Source: an uncultured Nitrospinota bacterium (lineage in GTDB: Bacteria; Tectomicrobia; Entotheonellia; J063; CAVPRW01). From it: 64,000 nt of DNA. The stretch spans positions 32,001 through 96,000 of the forward strand of contig CAVPRW010000034.1 of NCBI GenBank assembly GCA_963707985.1, in the 5' to 3' direction. Shown here piece by piece: positions 33,441 to 44,959 of the stretch. The position numbers and the translations under genes are program-made. The stretch's first letter is position 1. Each line of letters begins with the position of its first letter. The notes under the pieces are model-generated. The model was not told the DNA's origin. It did not search any database and was given only the letters and a program-made list of their open reading frames with translations.

Positions 33441-33722
33441 ATGCAGGCACAAGGCCAACGAAAGACCTTGGTAGGCGAGGTAGTGAGCAACAAAATGTTG
33501 AAGACAGTCACGGTGCGCGTCGACCGTCTGACAAAACATCCCCAGTTTAAGCGCTATGTTCGACGCTCGCACACCTTCATGGCCCATGACGAGAACAGCA
33601 CCTGCCAGCCAGGCGACCGTGTGAGAATCATCGAAAGCCGGCCATTGAGTCGACATAAACGCTGGCGCGTCACGGCTATCCTGGAACGCGCTGAGAGCCA
33701 GGAATCCCGGAGGAATCCATGA
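33441..33722 (+). CDS. rpsQ: 30S ribosomal protein S17
   Basis: [21 protein letters not shown]. Confidence 0.97.
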   Translation: MQAQGQRKTLVGEVVSNKMLKTVTVRVDRLTKHPQFKRYVRRSHTFMAHDENSTCQPGDRVRIIESRPLSRHKRWRVTAILERAESQESRRNP

Positions 33723-34087
33723 TTCAGCCCCGCACGATTTTGGAAGTTGCCGACAACACAGGCGCGAAAAAGGTCATGTGCATTCGCTCTCTAGGCGGAT
33801 CGAACCGCAAATACGCTACGGTAGGCGACGTCATTGTCGTCAGCGTGAAAGAGGCGGCCCCTAATGGATCTGTTAAAAAAGGTGAGGTCCGCCGAGCGGT
33901 TGTGGTCCGTACAGCCAAAGAAGTACGTCGCCCCGACGGCTCCTATATCCGCTTCGATGGCAATGCTGCCGTACTGATTAACGACGCTGGAGACCCCATG
34001 GGTACGCGTATTTTTGGCCCTGTTGCCCGTGAACTCCGAGCCAGAAGATATATGAAGATTGTCTCACTCGCTCCTGAGGTATTGTAG
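33719..34087 (+). CDS. rplN: 50S ribosomal protein L14
   Basis: [23 protein letters not shown]. Confidence 0.98.
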   Translation: MIQPRTILEVADNTGAKKVMCIRSLGGSNRKYATVGDVIVVSVKEAAPNGSVKKGEVRRAVVVRTAKEVRRPDGSYIRFDGNAAVLINDAGDPMGTRIFGPVARELRARRYMKIVSLAPEVL

Positions 34088-34089
34088 CC

Positions 34090-34434
34090 ATGGAAGAGAA
34101 AACTCCTCGGAGGTGGCACATCCGCAAGGACGACTTTGTTGAAGTCATCACTGGTAAAGACAAAGGCAAGCGTGGCAAGGTCCTCCGGGTGCATGCCGAT
34201 GAAGGACGCATCGTCGTTGAAAAGGTCCATATGATCAAGCGCCATATGCGACCAAGTCGCCTCACGCAGCAGGGGGGTATTATCGAGCGTGAGGGCAAGA
34301 TACACGTATCGAATGTTATGCTGGTGTGTACCCGTTGTGACCTTCCCAGACGAGCGGGAAAAAAAAATCTCGACAATGACAAAAAGGTCCGCGTCTGCCG
34401 CCGGTGCGGGGATGTGGTGGGCCAAGCTGGCTGA
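34090..34434 (+). CDS. rplX: 50S ribosomal protein L24
   Basis: GKDKGKRG, IHVSNV. Confidence 0.97.
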   Translation: MEEKTPRRWHIRKDDFVEVITGKDKGKRGKVLRVHADEGRIVVEKVHMIKRHMRPSRLTQQGGIIEREGKIHVSNVMLVCTRCDLPRRAGKKNLDNDKKVRVCRRCGDVVGQAG

Positions 34435-34502
34435 GGCTGCTGTCAGACCTCTGGAGCATCTAGATCAATGAGAAGGTGGCCGATGAGGAGATCGGAGAAG
34501 CC

Positions 34503-35048
34503 ATGACGGCTCGGTTGAAAGAGCGTTATCAGCATGAGGCGGTGCCTCAATTGCGTCAGAGGTATACCTATCAGAACCCCCACGAGGTACCGCGGCTGAT
34601 AAAAATTGTTGTCAATATGGGGGTGGGAGAGGCGATCCAGAACTCGAAGATCCTTGATTCAGCGGTCAGCGAACTGGCATTGATTACCGGCCAGAAACCC
34701 CTGGTGACCAAGTCGAAGAAGTCAATCGCCAACTTCAAACTTCGCGCTGGCATGTCGATTGGGTGTAAAGTCACGCTACGCCATGAGCGCATGTACGAGT
34801 TCCTAGACCGACTCATCAATGTGGCGCTTCCACGAGTTCGCGACTTCAAAGGGGTCCCGCCCGATGCCTTCGATGGACGCGGTAATTATGCGTTGGGGAT
34901 TCGCGAGCAGATTATTTTTCCAGAGGTCAGCTATGAGGCTGTGGAACGCGTGAAGGGGCTTGGCGTGATCATTGTTACCACGGCGCATACGGACGAGGAA
35001 GCACGAAGCTTGTTGGCCCTCATGGGTATGCCATTCCGCGAGGCATAG
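34503..35048 (+). CDS. rplE: 50S ribosomal protein L5
   Basis: [22 protein letters not shown]. Confidence 0.98.
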   Translation: MTARLKERYQHEAVPQLRQRYTYQNPHEVPRLIKIVVNMGVGEAIQNSKILDSAVSELALITGQKPLVTKSKKSIANFKLRAGMSIGCKVTLRHERMYEFLDRLINVALPRVRDFKGVPPDAFDGRGNYALGIREQIIFPEVSYEAVERVKGLGVIIVTTAHTDEEARSLLALMGMPFREA

Positions 35049-35060
35049 GGGGAGTGCTAG

Positions 35061-35246
35061 TTGGCTAAGAAATCCTTGATTGTGAAAGCGAATCGGGTAC
35101 CAAAGTTCCGCGTGCGAGCTTATCACCGCTGTCAAATCTGCGGGCGACCACGGGGATACTTGCGGAAATTCCAAATGTGCCGCATCTGTTTTCGTCTGCG
35201 GGCGTTGCGTGGCGAAGTTCCTGGAGTGATCAAGGCTAGCTGGTAA
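35061..35246 (+). CDS. rpsN: 30S ribosomal protein S14 type Z (61 aa, zinc-binding)
   Basis: CQICGR..CRICFR; TTG start. Confidence 0.97.
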   Translation: MAKKSLIVKANRVPKFRVRAYHRCQICGRPRGYLRKFQMCRICFRLRALRGEVPGVIKASW

Positions 35247-35284
35247 ACTTCCAGTGAGAAAAGGCAGGGTGAGGATTTTGACCG

Positions 35285-35683
35285 ATGACGATGACCGACC
35301 CGATTGCTGATTTTTTGACTCGGATTCGCAATGCGCTTTTGGCTAAGCACGAGACCACAGAAATTCCGGCCTCTAAGCTAAAATGGCGCCTGGCGGAGAT
35401 TCTCAAGTCTGAGGGTTATATCGCGGAAGCCCATCTGGTAGGTGAGGGGCACCATAAAGTAATTCGCATAGGCCTAAAGTACGATTCCGGTGAGGTCAGC
35501 GTGATCCAGTCCCTGCAACGAATCAGTAAACCGGGACGCCGCATGTATGTCACAGCTGATCAGCTGCCCCGTGTGCTTAACGGCTTGGGAGTTGCCGTTA
35601 TTTCGACTTCCCGAGGGATGATGTCCGACCGCGAGTGCCGACGGTTACACGTCGGCGGTGAGGTCATGTGCCAGGTCTGGTAG
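35285..35683 (+). CDS. rpsH: 30S ribosomal protein S8
   Basis: DPIADFLTRIRN, ISKPG, STSRG. Confidence 0.98.
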   Translation: MTMTDPIADFLTRIRNALLAKHETTEIPASKLKWRLAEILKSEGYIAEAHLVGEGHHKVIRIGLKYDSGEVSVIQSLQRISKPGRRMYVTADQLPRVLNGLGVAVISTSRGMMSDRECRRLHVGGEVMCQVW

Positions 35684-35694
35684 GGAGAGAAGTT

Positions 35695-36231
35695 ATGTCT
35701 CGTATCGGTAAGAAGCCCATTGATCTTCCTGCAGACGTAGAGGTTAACATAGACGCGGGCCAAGTTTGGGTCACGGGGCCGCGTGGGCGTCTCACACGCA
35801 CCATGTCAGACCTCCTCGAGCTGCAGTTCGAAGACCATCAGCTCCTGATTGGAAAAAAGGTGGAATCCAAGCGAGCTCGGGCCATGCACGGTCTCATGCG
35901 CACGCTCATTTTCAACATGGTCAAGGGCGTTGCTGAGGGCTTCCAGAAACAGCTGGTGGTATCTGGTTTGGGCTATCGCGTGCAGATGCAGGGGAAAAAC
36001 CTCCAGTTGGCCATTGGGTATTCACAACCGGTAACAGTTACCCCACCCGAGGGCATTGAATTCGAAGTCAGCCAACGGAATTTGATCACTGTGCGTGGTG
36101 CCAATAAGGAGCAGGTGGGTCAAGTCTCGGCTGAGATTCGCCGCCTCAGACCCCCTGAACCATATAAGGGAGCAGGTATCGCCTACGCCAATGAAACCAT
36201 ACGACGTAAGGTTGGCAAGGCAGGAGTCTAA
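35695..36231 (+). CDS. rplF: 50S ribosomal protein L6
   Basis: MSRIGK, PPEPYKG. Confidence 0.98.
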   Translation: MSRIGKKPIDLPADVEVNIDAGQVWVTGPRGRLTRTMSDLLELQFEDHQLLIGKKVESKRARAMHGLMRTLIFNMVKGVAEGFQKQLVVSGLGYRVQMQGKNLQLAIGYSQPVTVTPPEGIEFEVSQRNLITVRGANKEQVGQVSAEIRRLRPPEPYKGAGIAYANETIRRKVGKAGV

Positions 36232-36243
36232 GGGAGAGCAGTT

Positions 36244-36630
36244 GTGTCCGATCAGGTCGGGATCCGGGAACGAGCGCGAAGACGGCGGCAGGAGCGTGTG
36301 CGTAAGAAGGTCCAAGGTACTCCGTCACGTCCGCGCCTGTCAGTTTTCAAGAGCGCTAAACACATATATGGCCAACTCATCGACGATGTGGGAGGCCACA
36401 CGCTTGCAGCCGCCTCTAGCTTAAGCCTGCCGTTTCGTGAGCGGATCCAAGATATTGAGAAAGCTTCAGGAGGGAACGTCAGCGGTGCCAAGATCGTCGG
36501 GGAACTTATAGCAGAGCAAGCCCAGGCGAAGGGTATTAGGCAAATTGTCTTCGACCGTAATGGCTTCTTGTATCATGGTCGCGTAAAAGCGCTCGCCGAA
36601 GCAGCTCGTGAGGCCGGCCTAAAGTTTTGA
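36244..36630 (+). CDS. rplR: 50S ribosomal protein L18
   Basis: [20 protein letters not shown]. Confidence 0.97.
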   Translation: MSDQVGIRERARRRRQERVRKKVQGTPSRPRLSVFKSAKHIYGQLIDDVGGHTLAAASSLSLPFRERIQDIEKASGGNVSGAKIVGELIAEQAQAKGIRQIVFDRNGFLYHGRVKALAEAAREAGLKF

Positions 36631-36651
36631 ACGGATTAGAGGAGCCTTCCT

Positions 36652-37182
36652 GTGCAGGAGTCTATGACAGAGCGCGAAACGTCGGGCGAGCTTATCGATA
36701 AGATCATCTATATCAATCGTGTGGCAAAGGTCGTTAAAGGAGGGCGCCGCTTCAGCTTTAGTGCATTGGTGGTGGTGGGGGACCGCAATGGTCGTGTTGG
36801 GGTGGGCATGGGAAAAGCCAACGAAGTACCGGAGGCCATTCGGAAAGGGATCGAACACGCCAAGAAGCACCTCATACGCGTGTCGCTGGCAGGGACGACG
36901 ATTCCTCACCAGGTGCTTGGCGAGTTCGGAGCAGGTCGTGTTCTCTTAAAGCCAGCGTCGAAAGGCACCGGGATCATCGCGGGAGGCCCCGTGCGTGCAA
37001 TCATGGAAGCCGTGGGTATTGGTGACATCCTTACAAAGTCCCTTGGCTCAAACAATCCTCATAACGTCGTCAAGGCAGCTCTGGCGGGCCTCGAGCGCAT
37101 TCGTGAGCCACAAGAGGTCGCCCGCATGCGGGGGCAGGAGCTTTCCGTCATGCAACCAGCGCGTGCATCCGCGGGGAGGTAA
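36652..37182 (+). CDS. rpsE: 30S ribosomal protein S5
   Basis: [20 protein letters not shown]; start 36652 or 36664. Confidence 0.97.
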   Translation: MQESMTERETSGELIDKIIYINRVAKVVKGGRRFSFSALVVVGDRNGRVGVGMGKANEVPEAIRKGIEHAKKHLIRVSLAGTTIPHQVLGEFGAGRVLLKPASKGTGIIAGGPVRAIMEAVGIGDILTKSLGSNNPHNVVKAALAGLERIREPQEVARMRGQELSVMQPARASAGR

Positions 37183-37186
37183 CACC

Positions 37187-37378
37187 GTGGCGCAGCTTAA
37201 GATCACTCTTATTCGCAGCGGTATCGGAAGTCCGCAAAAGCTTAAGGAGGCACTGACCGGCCTGGGACTAACGAGACTCCACAAAACAGTAATCCGGGAG
37301 AACCGCCCGGAGATTCGCGGTATGATCCGCAAAGTGCAACACCTGATTCGGGTGGATGAGATCACTGAAGGACGCTAG
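37187..37378 (+). CDS. rpmD: 50S ribosomal protein L30
   Basis: LKITLIRSGIG, LGL, IRGMIRKV; GTG after GGAGGT. Confidence 0.96.
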   Translation: MAQLKITLIRSGIGSPQKLKEALTGLGLTRLHKTVIRENRPEIRGMIRKVQHLIRVDEITEGR

Positions 37379-37381
37379 GCT

Positions 37382-37831
37382 ATGAAACTGCATGAGATGA
37401 AGCCGGCACCAGGGTCGACGAAGCGTCGAAAAGTTGTGGGCCGAGGGCGTGGCTCGGGGCACGGCACGACAGCAGGGCGGGGGGGAAAAGGCCAAACGGC
37501 ACGTACGGGGTCGAGCATTCCAGCCTGGTTCGAAGGCGGTCAAATGCCACTCATCCGACGTTTGCCAAAACGTGGGTTCACGAATATTTTTAAGCGGGAC
37601 TACGCGATTATCAATATCAAGATCCTTGATCGATTTGAGTCTGGTCAAGAGGTTACCCCAGCGCTCCTGGTATCTCAGGGGATGATCCGGTCGCGACACG
37701 AGGGGATTAAGGTGCTCGGAACCGGTACCTTGACCAAGGCCCTGACCGTACATGCCCACAAATTCAGCCAGTCGGCGGCCGCGAAGATTGCAGCGGCGGG
37801 TGGAAAGGTCCAGGTGATCGAGCGTGATTGA
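37382..37831 (+). CDS. rplO: 50S ribosomal protein L15
   Basis: GRGRGSG, FEGGQMP, PKRGF. Confidence 0.98.
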   Translation: MKLHEMKPAPGSTKRRKVVGRGRGSGHGTTAGRGGKGQTARTGSSIPAWFEGGQMPLIRRLPKRGFTNIFKRDYAIINIKILDRFESGQEVTPALLVSQGMIRSRHEGIKVLGTGTLTKALTVHAHKFSQSAAAKIAAAGGKVQVIERD

Positions 37832-39131
37832 AGGCTTTCAGAACGCGTTCAGAATCCCGGAACTCAAAAAACGTATTCTGTTCACGCTAGCACTTTTGGC
37901 GGTTTACCGCGTTGGTGCACACATCCCTACACCTGGGATCGATAGCCAAGCGCTAGCAGCTTTTTTCCAGCAGACACAGGGAACGCTTCTTGGCTTCTTC
38001 GATATGTTCTCCGGGGGTGCACTGAGCCGTCTGACGATCTTCGCACTGGGAATTATGCCCTATATTAGTGCCTCCATCATATTGGAGTTGCTAACAGTTG
38101 TTGTGCCATACCTAGAGAAGCTCAAGAAGGAAGGGGAACAGGGTCGCAAGAAAATTACCCAATATGCAAGGTATGGCACCATTGTCCTTAGTATAGTGCA
38201 AGGACTGGGGATTAGCCTAGGCCTCGAGAGTATGCAAAGTCCGACCGGAGCCCTGGTTGTGCCAGACCCTGGATGGTCCTTCCGCCTGATGACTGTACTC
38301 ACGCTAACCGCTGGAACCGCTTTTATCATGTGGCTTGGCGAGCAGATCACTGAGCGTGGTATCGGCAACGGCATCTCATTGATCATCTTCGCCGGAATCG
38401 TCGCACGGCTCCCTTCGGCGATCGTCAACACTTTTCGGTTAATGGAGACGGGCGAACTCAATCTTCTGTTGATGATCTTCCTGTTAGGCCTTATGCTGGC
38501 TGTCGTTGCGGCAATCGTGTTTATGGAGGCTGGACATCGGAAGATCCCTATCCAGTATGCCAAGCGAGTAGTGGGACGCCGCATGTATGGGGGGCAGACC
38601 ACGCATTTGCCGCTGAAGCTCAATACTTCTGGAGTGATTCCGCCGATTTTCGCCTCATCTATTATTAGTTTTCCGCTGACCATTGCAACCTTTACACACC
38701 ATCCGTGGCTGGAGTGGGTGTCCAGTGCGTTGGCTCCCGCGACCCCCCTGTATACGCTCGCAAACGTCGTAATGATCTTCTTCTTCTGCTATTTCTATAC
38801 GGCGATCATCTTTAATCCCATGGATGTAGCAGAAAATATGAAGAAGTACGGCGGCTTTATTCCAGGAATGCGTCCGGGCAAGCGAACGGCCGAGTATATC
38901 GACCGCACGTTGACGCGACTCACCTTCGTGGGGGCGATTTATCTTTCGTTCGTAGTCATCCTACCGGACTATATGATTCGCTATCTGAACGTACCGTTCT
39001 ATTTTGGAGGGACTGGCTTACTGATCGTTGTCGGCGTGGCCATGGACACGATGCAGCAAATCGAGTCGCACCTCGTCATGCGACACTACGAAAGCTTCCT
39101 GAAGAAGGGTCGCTTGCGTGGACGTCGGTAG
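37824..39131 (+). CDS. secY: Preprotein translocase SecY
   Basis: [35 protein letters not shown]. Confidence 0.98.
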   Translation: MIEGFQNAFRIPELKKRILFTLALLAVYRVGAHIPTPGIDSQALAAFFQQTQGTLLGFFDMFSGGALSRLTIFALGIMPYISASIILELLTVVVPYLEKLKKEGEQGRKKITQYARYGTIVLSIVQGLGISLGLESMQSPTGALVVPDPGWSFRLMTVLTLTAGTAFIMWLGEQITERGIGNGISLIIFAGIVARLPSAIVNTFRLMETGELNLLLMIFLLGLMLAVVAAIVFMEAGHRKIPIQYAKRVVGRRMYGGQTTHLPLKLNTSGVIPPIFASSIISFPLTIATFTHHPWLEWVSSALAPATPLYTLANVVMIFFFCYFYTAIIFNPMDVAENMKKYGGFIPGMRPGKRTAEYIDRTLTRLTFVGAIYLSFVVILPDYMIRYLNVPFYFGGTGLLIVVGVAMDTMQQIESHLVMRHYESFLKKGRLRGRR

Positions 39132-39171
39132 GGGCGATGGTGGCGGAGATGCAAGTTGAGGAGGAATGTAG

Positions 39172-39816
39172 GTGCGGCTCATCTTTTTGGGGCCCCCGGC
39201 TGCGGGAAAGGGGACGCAGGCCAGACGACTTGCTGTAGAATACGCAATACCTCATATCTCAACCGGTGATATCCTCCGGGCGGCCATCAATCAGAGGACA
39301 TATCTCGGACAGAAAGCCAAGCGGTACATGGATCAAGGGGCGCTCGTTCCCGATGATGTCATGATCGGTATCGCCATGGAGCGGTTACATCAAAGTGACT
39401 GTGAAAGTGGATTTATTCTCGACGGCTTTCCCCGGACCATCCCGCAGGCAGAGGCGTTATCTAAACTCTTAGAGTCGATGAATACACCACTGAATTATGT
39501 GGTAAACATGGCTGTGCCGGTCGAGGAGATTGTGCGTCGCCTGAGTGGTCGATTAACTTGCCAAAATTGCGGTCGGATGTTTAACTTGATGCTTGACCCC
39601 CCGAAGACGCTTGGGCGCTGTGATTGCTGCGGTGGATCACTCTTCCAACGCATAGACGATCGTATCGACACGGTGCATGAACGACTTGAGGTGTACCGGC
39701 AAAGTACGCAACCGCTCATCGAATACTACGCAGCGCGAGGGCTGCTCATAACGATTGATGGCACTGGCACCATCGACGCTATCGCCAAGCGTATCGGCGA
39801 AGCGGTGGGTGGATGA
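39172..39816 (+). CDS. adk: Adenylate kinase (zinc-lid type)
   Basis: GPPAAGKGTQ, STGD, LDGFPR; lid CxxC..CxxC. Confidence 0.97.
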   Translation: MRLIFLGPPAAGKGTQARRLAVEYAIPHISTGDILRAAINQRTYLGQKAKRYMDQGALVPDDVMIGIAMERLHQSDCESGFILDGFPRTIPQAEALSKLLESMNTPLNYVVNMAVPVEEIVRRLSGRLTCQNCGRMFNLMLDPPKTLGRCDCCGGSLFQRIDDRIDTVHERLEVYRQSTQPLIEYYAARGLLITIDGTGTIDAIAKRIGEAVGG

Positions 39817-39825
39817 CTGACTCCG

Positions 39826-40572
39826 ATGATCATTCTGAAATCGAAAAGCGAAATTGACAAGATGGCGATTGCCTGCCACATCGTCGCCGAGGTGTTGGAG
39901 GTACTGGTGCAGGCAATACGTCCAGGTCTCACCACCCTTGAACTAGATGCTCTGGCCGAACGAAACATTCGTACACGGGGAGGTGTGCCAGCTTTCAAAG
40001 GCTACCGGGGATTCCCCAACACCCTGTGTGTCTCACTGAACGAGCAAGTCGTGCACGGCATTCCGTCGAAACGACGATTGCGATCCGGGGATATTATTGG
40101 TCTCGATCTTGGCGCCAAGTGGGAAGGGTACTATGGAGACGCGGCGGTCACCGTTCCAGTGGGTCACATTCCAGCAGATACGGAGTGTTTACTGAATACC
40201 GCCCGAGAGGCGTTGTATTTGGGCGTCAAAGAAGTACACCCTGGAAAACACCTCTCAGACGTTTCGCATGCAATCCAGCGCCACGCGGAAACACGCGGGT
40301 ACAGCGTAGTCCGGTCTTTTGTGGGGCATGGGATTGGTACTGCCCTCCATGAAGAACCGCAGGTGCCGAACTTTGGACCACCCGGCCGTGGACCACGCTT
40401 GAAGGCTGGCATGGTACTGGCCATCGAACCCATGGTCAACATCGGCCATGCTGATGTTGAGATCTTGGATGATGGCTGGACAGTCGTGACCGCTGATGGG
40501 CAGCTATCAGCACATTTCGAGCACACGGTTGCAATCACTGATGAAGGGCCCCAAATTCTCACGGCGCTCTAA
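39826..40572 (+). CDS. map: Methionine aminopeptidase type I
   Basis: VHGIP, GHGIG, HEEP, AIEPM, SAHFEHT. Confidence 0.97.
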   Translation: MIILKSKSEIDKMAIACHIVAEVLEVLVQAIRPGLTTLELDALAERNIRTRGGVPAFKGYRGFPNTLCVSLNEQVVHGIPSKRRLRSGDIIGLDLGAKWEGYYGDAAVTVPVGHIPADTECLLNTAREALYLGVKEVHPGKHLSDVSHAIQRHAETRGYSVVRSFVGHGIGTALHEEPQVPNFGPPGRGPRLKAGMVLAIEPMVNIGHADVEILDDGWTVVTADGQLSAHFEHTVAITDEGPQILTAL

Positions 40573-40633
40573 TGTGATCTTGAAGCTCAAGAAATGTAAA
40601 TTTCATTGCGGGAATGGGATGAGGCACTGAACT

Positions 40634-40852
40634 ATGGAAAAAGAAGAAGCCATTGAGGTGGAGGGGACCGTTGTTGAACCTCTGCCGAACGCCATGTTTC
40701 GGGTAGAGCTTGAAAATGGGCACAAGGTTCTGGCGCACGTCTCCGGCAAGATCCGCATGAATTTTATTCGCATCTTGCCGGGTGATAAGGTGAAGATTGA
40801 ACTGTCGCCCTATGATCTATCACGAGGACGAATCACCTACCGCTATAAGTGA
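40634..40852 (+). CDS. infA: Translation initiation factor IF-1
   Basis: [16 protein letters not shown]. Confidence 0.98.
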   Translation: MEKEEAIEVEGTVVEPLPNAMFRVELENGHKVLAHVSGKIRMNFIRILPGDKVKIELSPYDLSRGRITYRYK

Positions 40853-40865
40853 GCGCGACACTAGC

Positions 40866-40979
40866 ATGAAAGTTAAGGCTTCAGTCAAACGCCGCTGTGA
40901 GAAATGCAAGGTAATTCGCCGGCAAGGGATAGTGCGCGTGATTTGTAGCAATCCGCGCCACAAGCAGCGCCAAGGATGA
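40866..40979 (+). CDS. rpmJ: 50S ribosomal protein L36 (zinc form)
   Basis: [37 protein letters not shown]. Confidence 0.98.
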   Translation: MKVKASVKRRCEKCKVIRRQGIVRVICSNPRHKQRQG

Positions 40980-41038
40980 TGAAGTATGGCGTCGGCACGT
41001 CAGGCGAGAGCTGCATGGGAACGAGATAGGAGGGAACT

Positions 41039-41416
41039 ATGGCTCGTATCGCGGGCGTGGACATTCCAAATGATAAGCGCGTGGAGGTTTCGCTGACGTA
41101 TATTTATGGCGTCGGTCGGTCAACAGCCATTAAGATCCTGAAGCGCGCTGAAATTAACCCGGATACCCGTGTTAAAGACTTGACGGAACAAGAAATTAGT
41201 CGCATTCGTGAAGTGCTTGAAGGCAATTATGTGGTTGAGGGTGACTTACGCCGCGAGTTGTCCATGAACATCAAACGCCTAATGGACATCGGGACCTATC
41301 GTGGTTTACGCCATCGACGTGGATTACCCGTACGCGGCCAACGGACACGGACAAATTCCCGCACCCGTAAAGGACCAAGACGGACCGTCGGGGCTAGGAA
41401 GAAAGCAAAAAAGTAG
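41039..41416 (+). CDS. rpsM: 30S ribosomal protein S13
   Basis: [21 protein letters not shown]. Confidence 0.98.
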   Translation: MARIAGVDIPNDKRVEVSLTYIYGVGRSTAIKILKRAEINPDTRVKDLTEQEISRIREVLEGNYVVEGDLRRELSMNIKRLMDIGTYRGLRHRRGLPVRGQRTRTNSRTRKGPRRTVGARKKAKK

Positions 41417-41425
41417 GGGGATGAT

Positions 41426-41824
41426 ATGGCACGGGGCCGGAGAGAGGGAGGAAGACAGCGGCGGCGTGAACGGAAAAATGTTACCGAGGGTGTGGCTCAC
41501 ATTCAAGCGACTTTCAACAATACTATTATCACCATCACCGACACCATAGGGAATGTGATCTGTTGGGGAAGCTCTGGCTCTCACGGGTTCAAGGGTTCCC
41601 GAAAGAGTACACCCTTTGCCGCTCAGGTAGCAGCGGAGGCTGCGGCTAAGAAGGCTATGGATCAGGGCATGCGCAAGATTGAGGTGTGTGTGAAGGGTCC
41701 CGGAGCAGGACGGGAAGCGGCCATTCGCTCACTCCAGGCTGTCGGTCTAGAAATCAACCTGATCCGCGATGTGACCCCGATCCCGCATAATGGTTGCCGA
41801 CCCCCGAAACGCCGACGGGTATAG
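41426..41824 (+). CDS. rpsK: 30S ribosomal protein S11
   Basis: FNNTI, KSTPFAA, PHNGCRP. Confidence 0.98.
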   Translation: MARGRREGGRQRRRERKNVTEGVAHIQATFNNTIITITDTIGNVICWGSSGSHGFKGSRKSTPFAAQVAAEAAAKKAMDQGMRKIEVCVKGPGAGREAAIRSLQAVGLEINLIRDVTPIPHNGCRPPKRRRV

Positions 41825-41858
41825 CGATTAGCGAACGCGGACACAGAGGAGAATATCG

Positions 41859-42485
41859 TTGGCACGCAATACGGGCTCTGTCTGTCGTCTTTGCCGCCGA
41901 GAAGGCATGAAGCTTTTCTTGAAGGGTGAGCGCTGTTACAGCGAGAAATGTGCTATTACACGCCGAAATTACGCACCTGGGCAACATGGACAACGCCGAC
42001 CGAAACCATCTGAGTATGGTTTACAGTTACGCGAGAAGCAAAAAGTTAAGCGTATCTATGGTGTTTTCGAACGGCAATTCCGCAGCTATTTTGCAAGAGC
42101 AGACCGACGTAAGGGGGTTACCGGGGAAAACCTTCTGCTCCTCCTCGAGCAGCGACTCGATTCCGTCGTCTATCGCCTAGGTTTTGCCAGCTCCCGCGCC
42201 CAAGCGCGCCAGCTTGTCAGCCATGGGCATTTCATGGTCAACAGCCGGAAGGTCGATATTCCCTCATACTTGGTCAAGAGTGGTGACGTCATCCAAGTTC
42301 GCGAACGAAGTCGCACGATTGAGCCCATTACCATGTCGCTCGAAACCGTAGAACAGCGTGGCATACCGACCTGGCTTGAACTTGATAAGGGAGACTTTAA
42401 AGGCATCGTGCACCAGTTCCCCTCCCGCGATCAGCTGACCATTCCTATCCAAGAGCAGCTTATCGTGGAGCTTTATTCGAAATAG
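41859..42485 (+). CDS. rpsD: 30S ribosomal protein S4
   Basis: [27 protein letters not shown]. Confidence 0.98.
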   Translation: MARNTGSVCRLCRREGMKLFLKGERCYSEKCAITRRNYAPGQHGQRRPKPSEYGLQLREKQKVKRIYGVFERQFRSYFARADRRKGVTGENLLLLLEQRLDSVVYRLGFASSRAQARQLVSHGHFMVNSRKVDIPSYLVKSGDVIQVRERSRTIEPITMSLETVEQRGIPTWLELDKGDFKGIVHQFPSRDQLTIPIQEQLIVELYSK

Positions 42486-42577
42486 CCGGCACCCTCAAAA
42501 GCGCGTTGCGGGTCATTTGCTGGAGCGAGGCAAGCGCGTGTCTATCATGTTGGGTCAATAGGGGGTTAGACGCAACG

Positions 42578-43588
42578 ATGTTACCCGAGTTTCAGATGCC
42601 GAAGCGCATTGAAGTCGACCGGGCAACCCGAACGAACTACTTTGGACGCTTCACGGCAGAACCATTTGAGAGAGGATTTGGTACGACGGTGGGCAATGCT
42701 CTGCGGCGCGTGCTTCTGTCCTCACTTGAAGGAGCTGCCGTAACTTCCGTGCAAATTGAAGGAGTTTACCACGAATTTTCGGCCATTCCAGGCGTGCGAG
42801 AGGATGTCACGGATATCATCCTCAATATCAAAGAACTCCTGTTGAAGATGCATGGCTATGGACCGAAAGTTATCAGTATCCAGGCCGAGGGGGAAGGCGA
42901 GGTCACAGGGGCACAGATACAGACGGACCCCGATATCGAGGTGATTAACCCACGAACGCACATCGCCACCCTCAACCAAGATGGTAAACTGACCATTCTT
43001 ATGACGGTCAGAAAAGGGCGTGGCTATGTCCCTGCTGAGATGAACGTCGAGGAGGAGATGCCAGCTCAGGCGATTCCGATCGACGCGATCTTCTCTCCAG
43101 TGCAAAAAGTCAATTTCATCGTTGAGAATGCACGTGTCGGGCGTCGGACCGACTATGATAAGCTGGTTCTTGAGGTCACCACCAACGGTAGCCTCACACC
43201 CGAGGAAGCAGTCTCGCAGGCGGCGCAGATTCTACGAGATCACCTAGAGATCTTTGTTAACTTCAAAGAGGAAATGCGCCCTGAGATGCCCACCGTCGAT
43301 GTGGATCGTGTGCACCTCTTCGAAAACCTCAAACGCAGTGTTGATGAACTGGAACTCTCGGTCCGCTCGTATAACTGCCTTAAGAACGCCAATATTCGCA
43401 ATATCGGTGAGCTCGTCCAGAAGACCGAGGCTGAAATGCTGAAGACACGGAACTTTGGACGCAAGTCTCTCAATGAGATCAAGGAAATCCTCGAGACTTT
43501 AGGGCTCAGTCTGGGGATGAAGCTTGACGAGGAGCTGCTCGCAGAGCTTGCCAAATCCGAGGTGATTCCGAGCGAACCTGAGGAATAA
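42578..43588 (+). CDS. rpoA: RNA polymerase alpha subunit
   Basis: [31 protein letters not shown]. Confidence 0.98.
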   Translation: MLPEFQMPKRIEVDRATRTNYFGRFTAEPFERGFGTTVGNALRRVLLSSLEGAAVTSVQIEGVYHEFSAIPGVREDVTDIILNIKELLLKMHGYGPKVISIQAEGEGEVTGAQIQTDPDIEVINPRTHIATLNQDGKLTILMTVRKGRGYVPAEMNVEEEMPAQAIPIDAIFSPVQKVNFIVENARVGRRTDYDKLVLEVTTNGSLTPEEAVSQAAQILRDHLEIFVNFKEEMRPEMPTVDVDRVHLFENLKRSVDELELSVRSYNCLKNANIRNIGELVQKTEAEMLKTRNFGRKSLNEIKEILETLGLSLGMKLDEELLAELAKSEVIPSEPEE

Positions 43589-43618
43589 TAGCGATTCTCA
43601 GGGAGGGCATAGGTGACC

Positions 43619-43990
43619 ATGCGGCACCTAAAACAGGGACGAAAATTAGGACGTACAACAGCCCATCGCAAGGCCCTATTACGGAATCTCGCGACCGCCT
43701 TGCTTGAACATGAGAGGATTACCACTACTGAACCAAAAGCCAAAGAGTTACGGCGGGTCGCTGATAAGCTGGTGACCTTGGGCAAGCGTGGGAACCTGCA
43801 TGCGCGCCGCCAAGCTCTCCAGGTGGTGCAAAGCAACGCTGTCGTGCAGAAGCTGTTCAATGAAATCGCCCCGCGTTTTGCTGGACGACAGGGTGGTTAC
43901 ACCCGGATTTTGCGCCTCGGATACCGACCCGGCGATGCCGCTGCGATGGCGGTCATCGAGTTGGTAGATGCTCCAATCGAGACAACATAA
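43619..43990 (+). CDS. rplQ: 50S ribosomal protein L17
   Basis: MRH..GRKLGR, ITTT, GGYTRI. Confidence 0.98.
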   Translation: MRHLKQGRKLGRTTAHRKALLRNLATALLEHERITTTEPKAKELRRVADKLVTLGKRGNLHARRQALQVVQSNAVVQKLFNEIAPRFAGRQGGYTRILRLGYRPGDAAAMAVIELVDAPIETT

Positions 43991-44098
43991 GGCGGTGACT
44001 GCCACCGGCAAGTCCATCCCTAACATTTTTACTACGCGGGCAATACCGCGTTTCGTGCGTTGATGAATGACTGAGTAGCGAACCCGAATGCTCCCCAC

Positions 44099-44133
44099 AT
44101 GGCGCATGCCGTCGATAGCACGGTATGCGCCAT
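44099..44133. terminator. 14-bp hairpin between convergent rplQ and Fe-S gene; possible terminator
   Basis: ATGGCGCATGCCGT-cgatagc-ACGGTATGCGCCAT (one G.U); no clear U-tract. Confidence 0.4.
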
Positions 44134-44366
44134 ATCCCTACGACGTTGAGTTTCCTGCTTGGGTCATATATCAGTCCCCACTCTCAAGATTTCGATACTC
44201 TCTCCAGAGTGGAATCATACCGGGGTTCTATGCATCAGTAGCTGGTCGCCTGCATACGTATGAGCGGCCTAGCAGCTGCAGCAATTGGTGGTGTTGGTCA
44301 TTGGCACCCTCTATGCCCCAGAGGAAGACCACGCCGGCTGGACGGTTACGCAGGGTGCGTCAGGGT

Positions 44367-44549
44367 TTAGGCGTCAGTAATCTGCAGTGCGCCGGACGGA
44401 CAAGCGGCAACCGTTTGGCGGATCGCGGCTTCACTCGCGCTTTGTTGGTCAATGATAAACTGCCCGTCGACGACCTTGAACACGGCTGGGAGACCTCTGA
44501 CGCAGTTGCCTGCGTGGATGCACACCTGGGCATCATAGGTTACTTTCAT
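44367..44549 (-). CDS. Small divergent 4Fe-4S/3Fe-4S ferredoxin-like protein (YjdI/Fer4_19-like)
   Basis: CIHAGNCV...CPSGAL; strong SD GAGGAGGAGG. Confidence 0.85.
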   Translation of the reverse strand: MKVTYDAQVCIHAGNCVRGLPAVFKVVDGQFIIDQQSASEAAIRQTVAACPSGALQITDA

Positions 44550-44959
44550 GACCATCCCTCCTCCTCACTTGCGGCAGCCCGTAAGACATTCTCTTCCGAT
44601 ACAAGTGAGCACTCTAGGCTAGGCCATACCATGGCTGTCAAGGATAGGACTACGTAGCTATGGGCTAGACTGGTCGCCCAGGGGTCGCTGGGTCTCCTCA
44701 CCTCTCTGATCGCGAGCCAGTTCTGAGCCTATTCCCCTGCAGACGTGCTGGACAGGATCTTCGGTTTACCACCGCAGAGGAGCTATCTGTCATCTCAAGG
44801 TCAGATCAATTGACGCGCGTTGACACGTTCTCAAGGCTCCGTTAGACTCACCCCACGAGGCAGGGGAAGCGGTTGCTCGTGGCTATCTCCGCATGGATGC
44901 ATGGCTGGGAGGTAGCATAGGAAGACAGGACAGGTCGTGCCGAAGGGGAGGATGCCAGG

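Noticed and set aside
44088..44657. 189-aa ORF and other short ORFs in spacers (11592-11849, 56344-56631, 58278-58730)
   Set aside because: No motifs or convincing SD; overlap better-supported genes or hairpin-rich non-coding DNA
44862..44877. Sigma54 promoter upstream of the BON gene (AGGGGA-N5-TTGCT)
   Set aside because: GG-N10-GC spacing fits but the -24 element is a poor match
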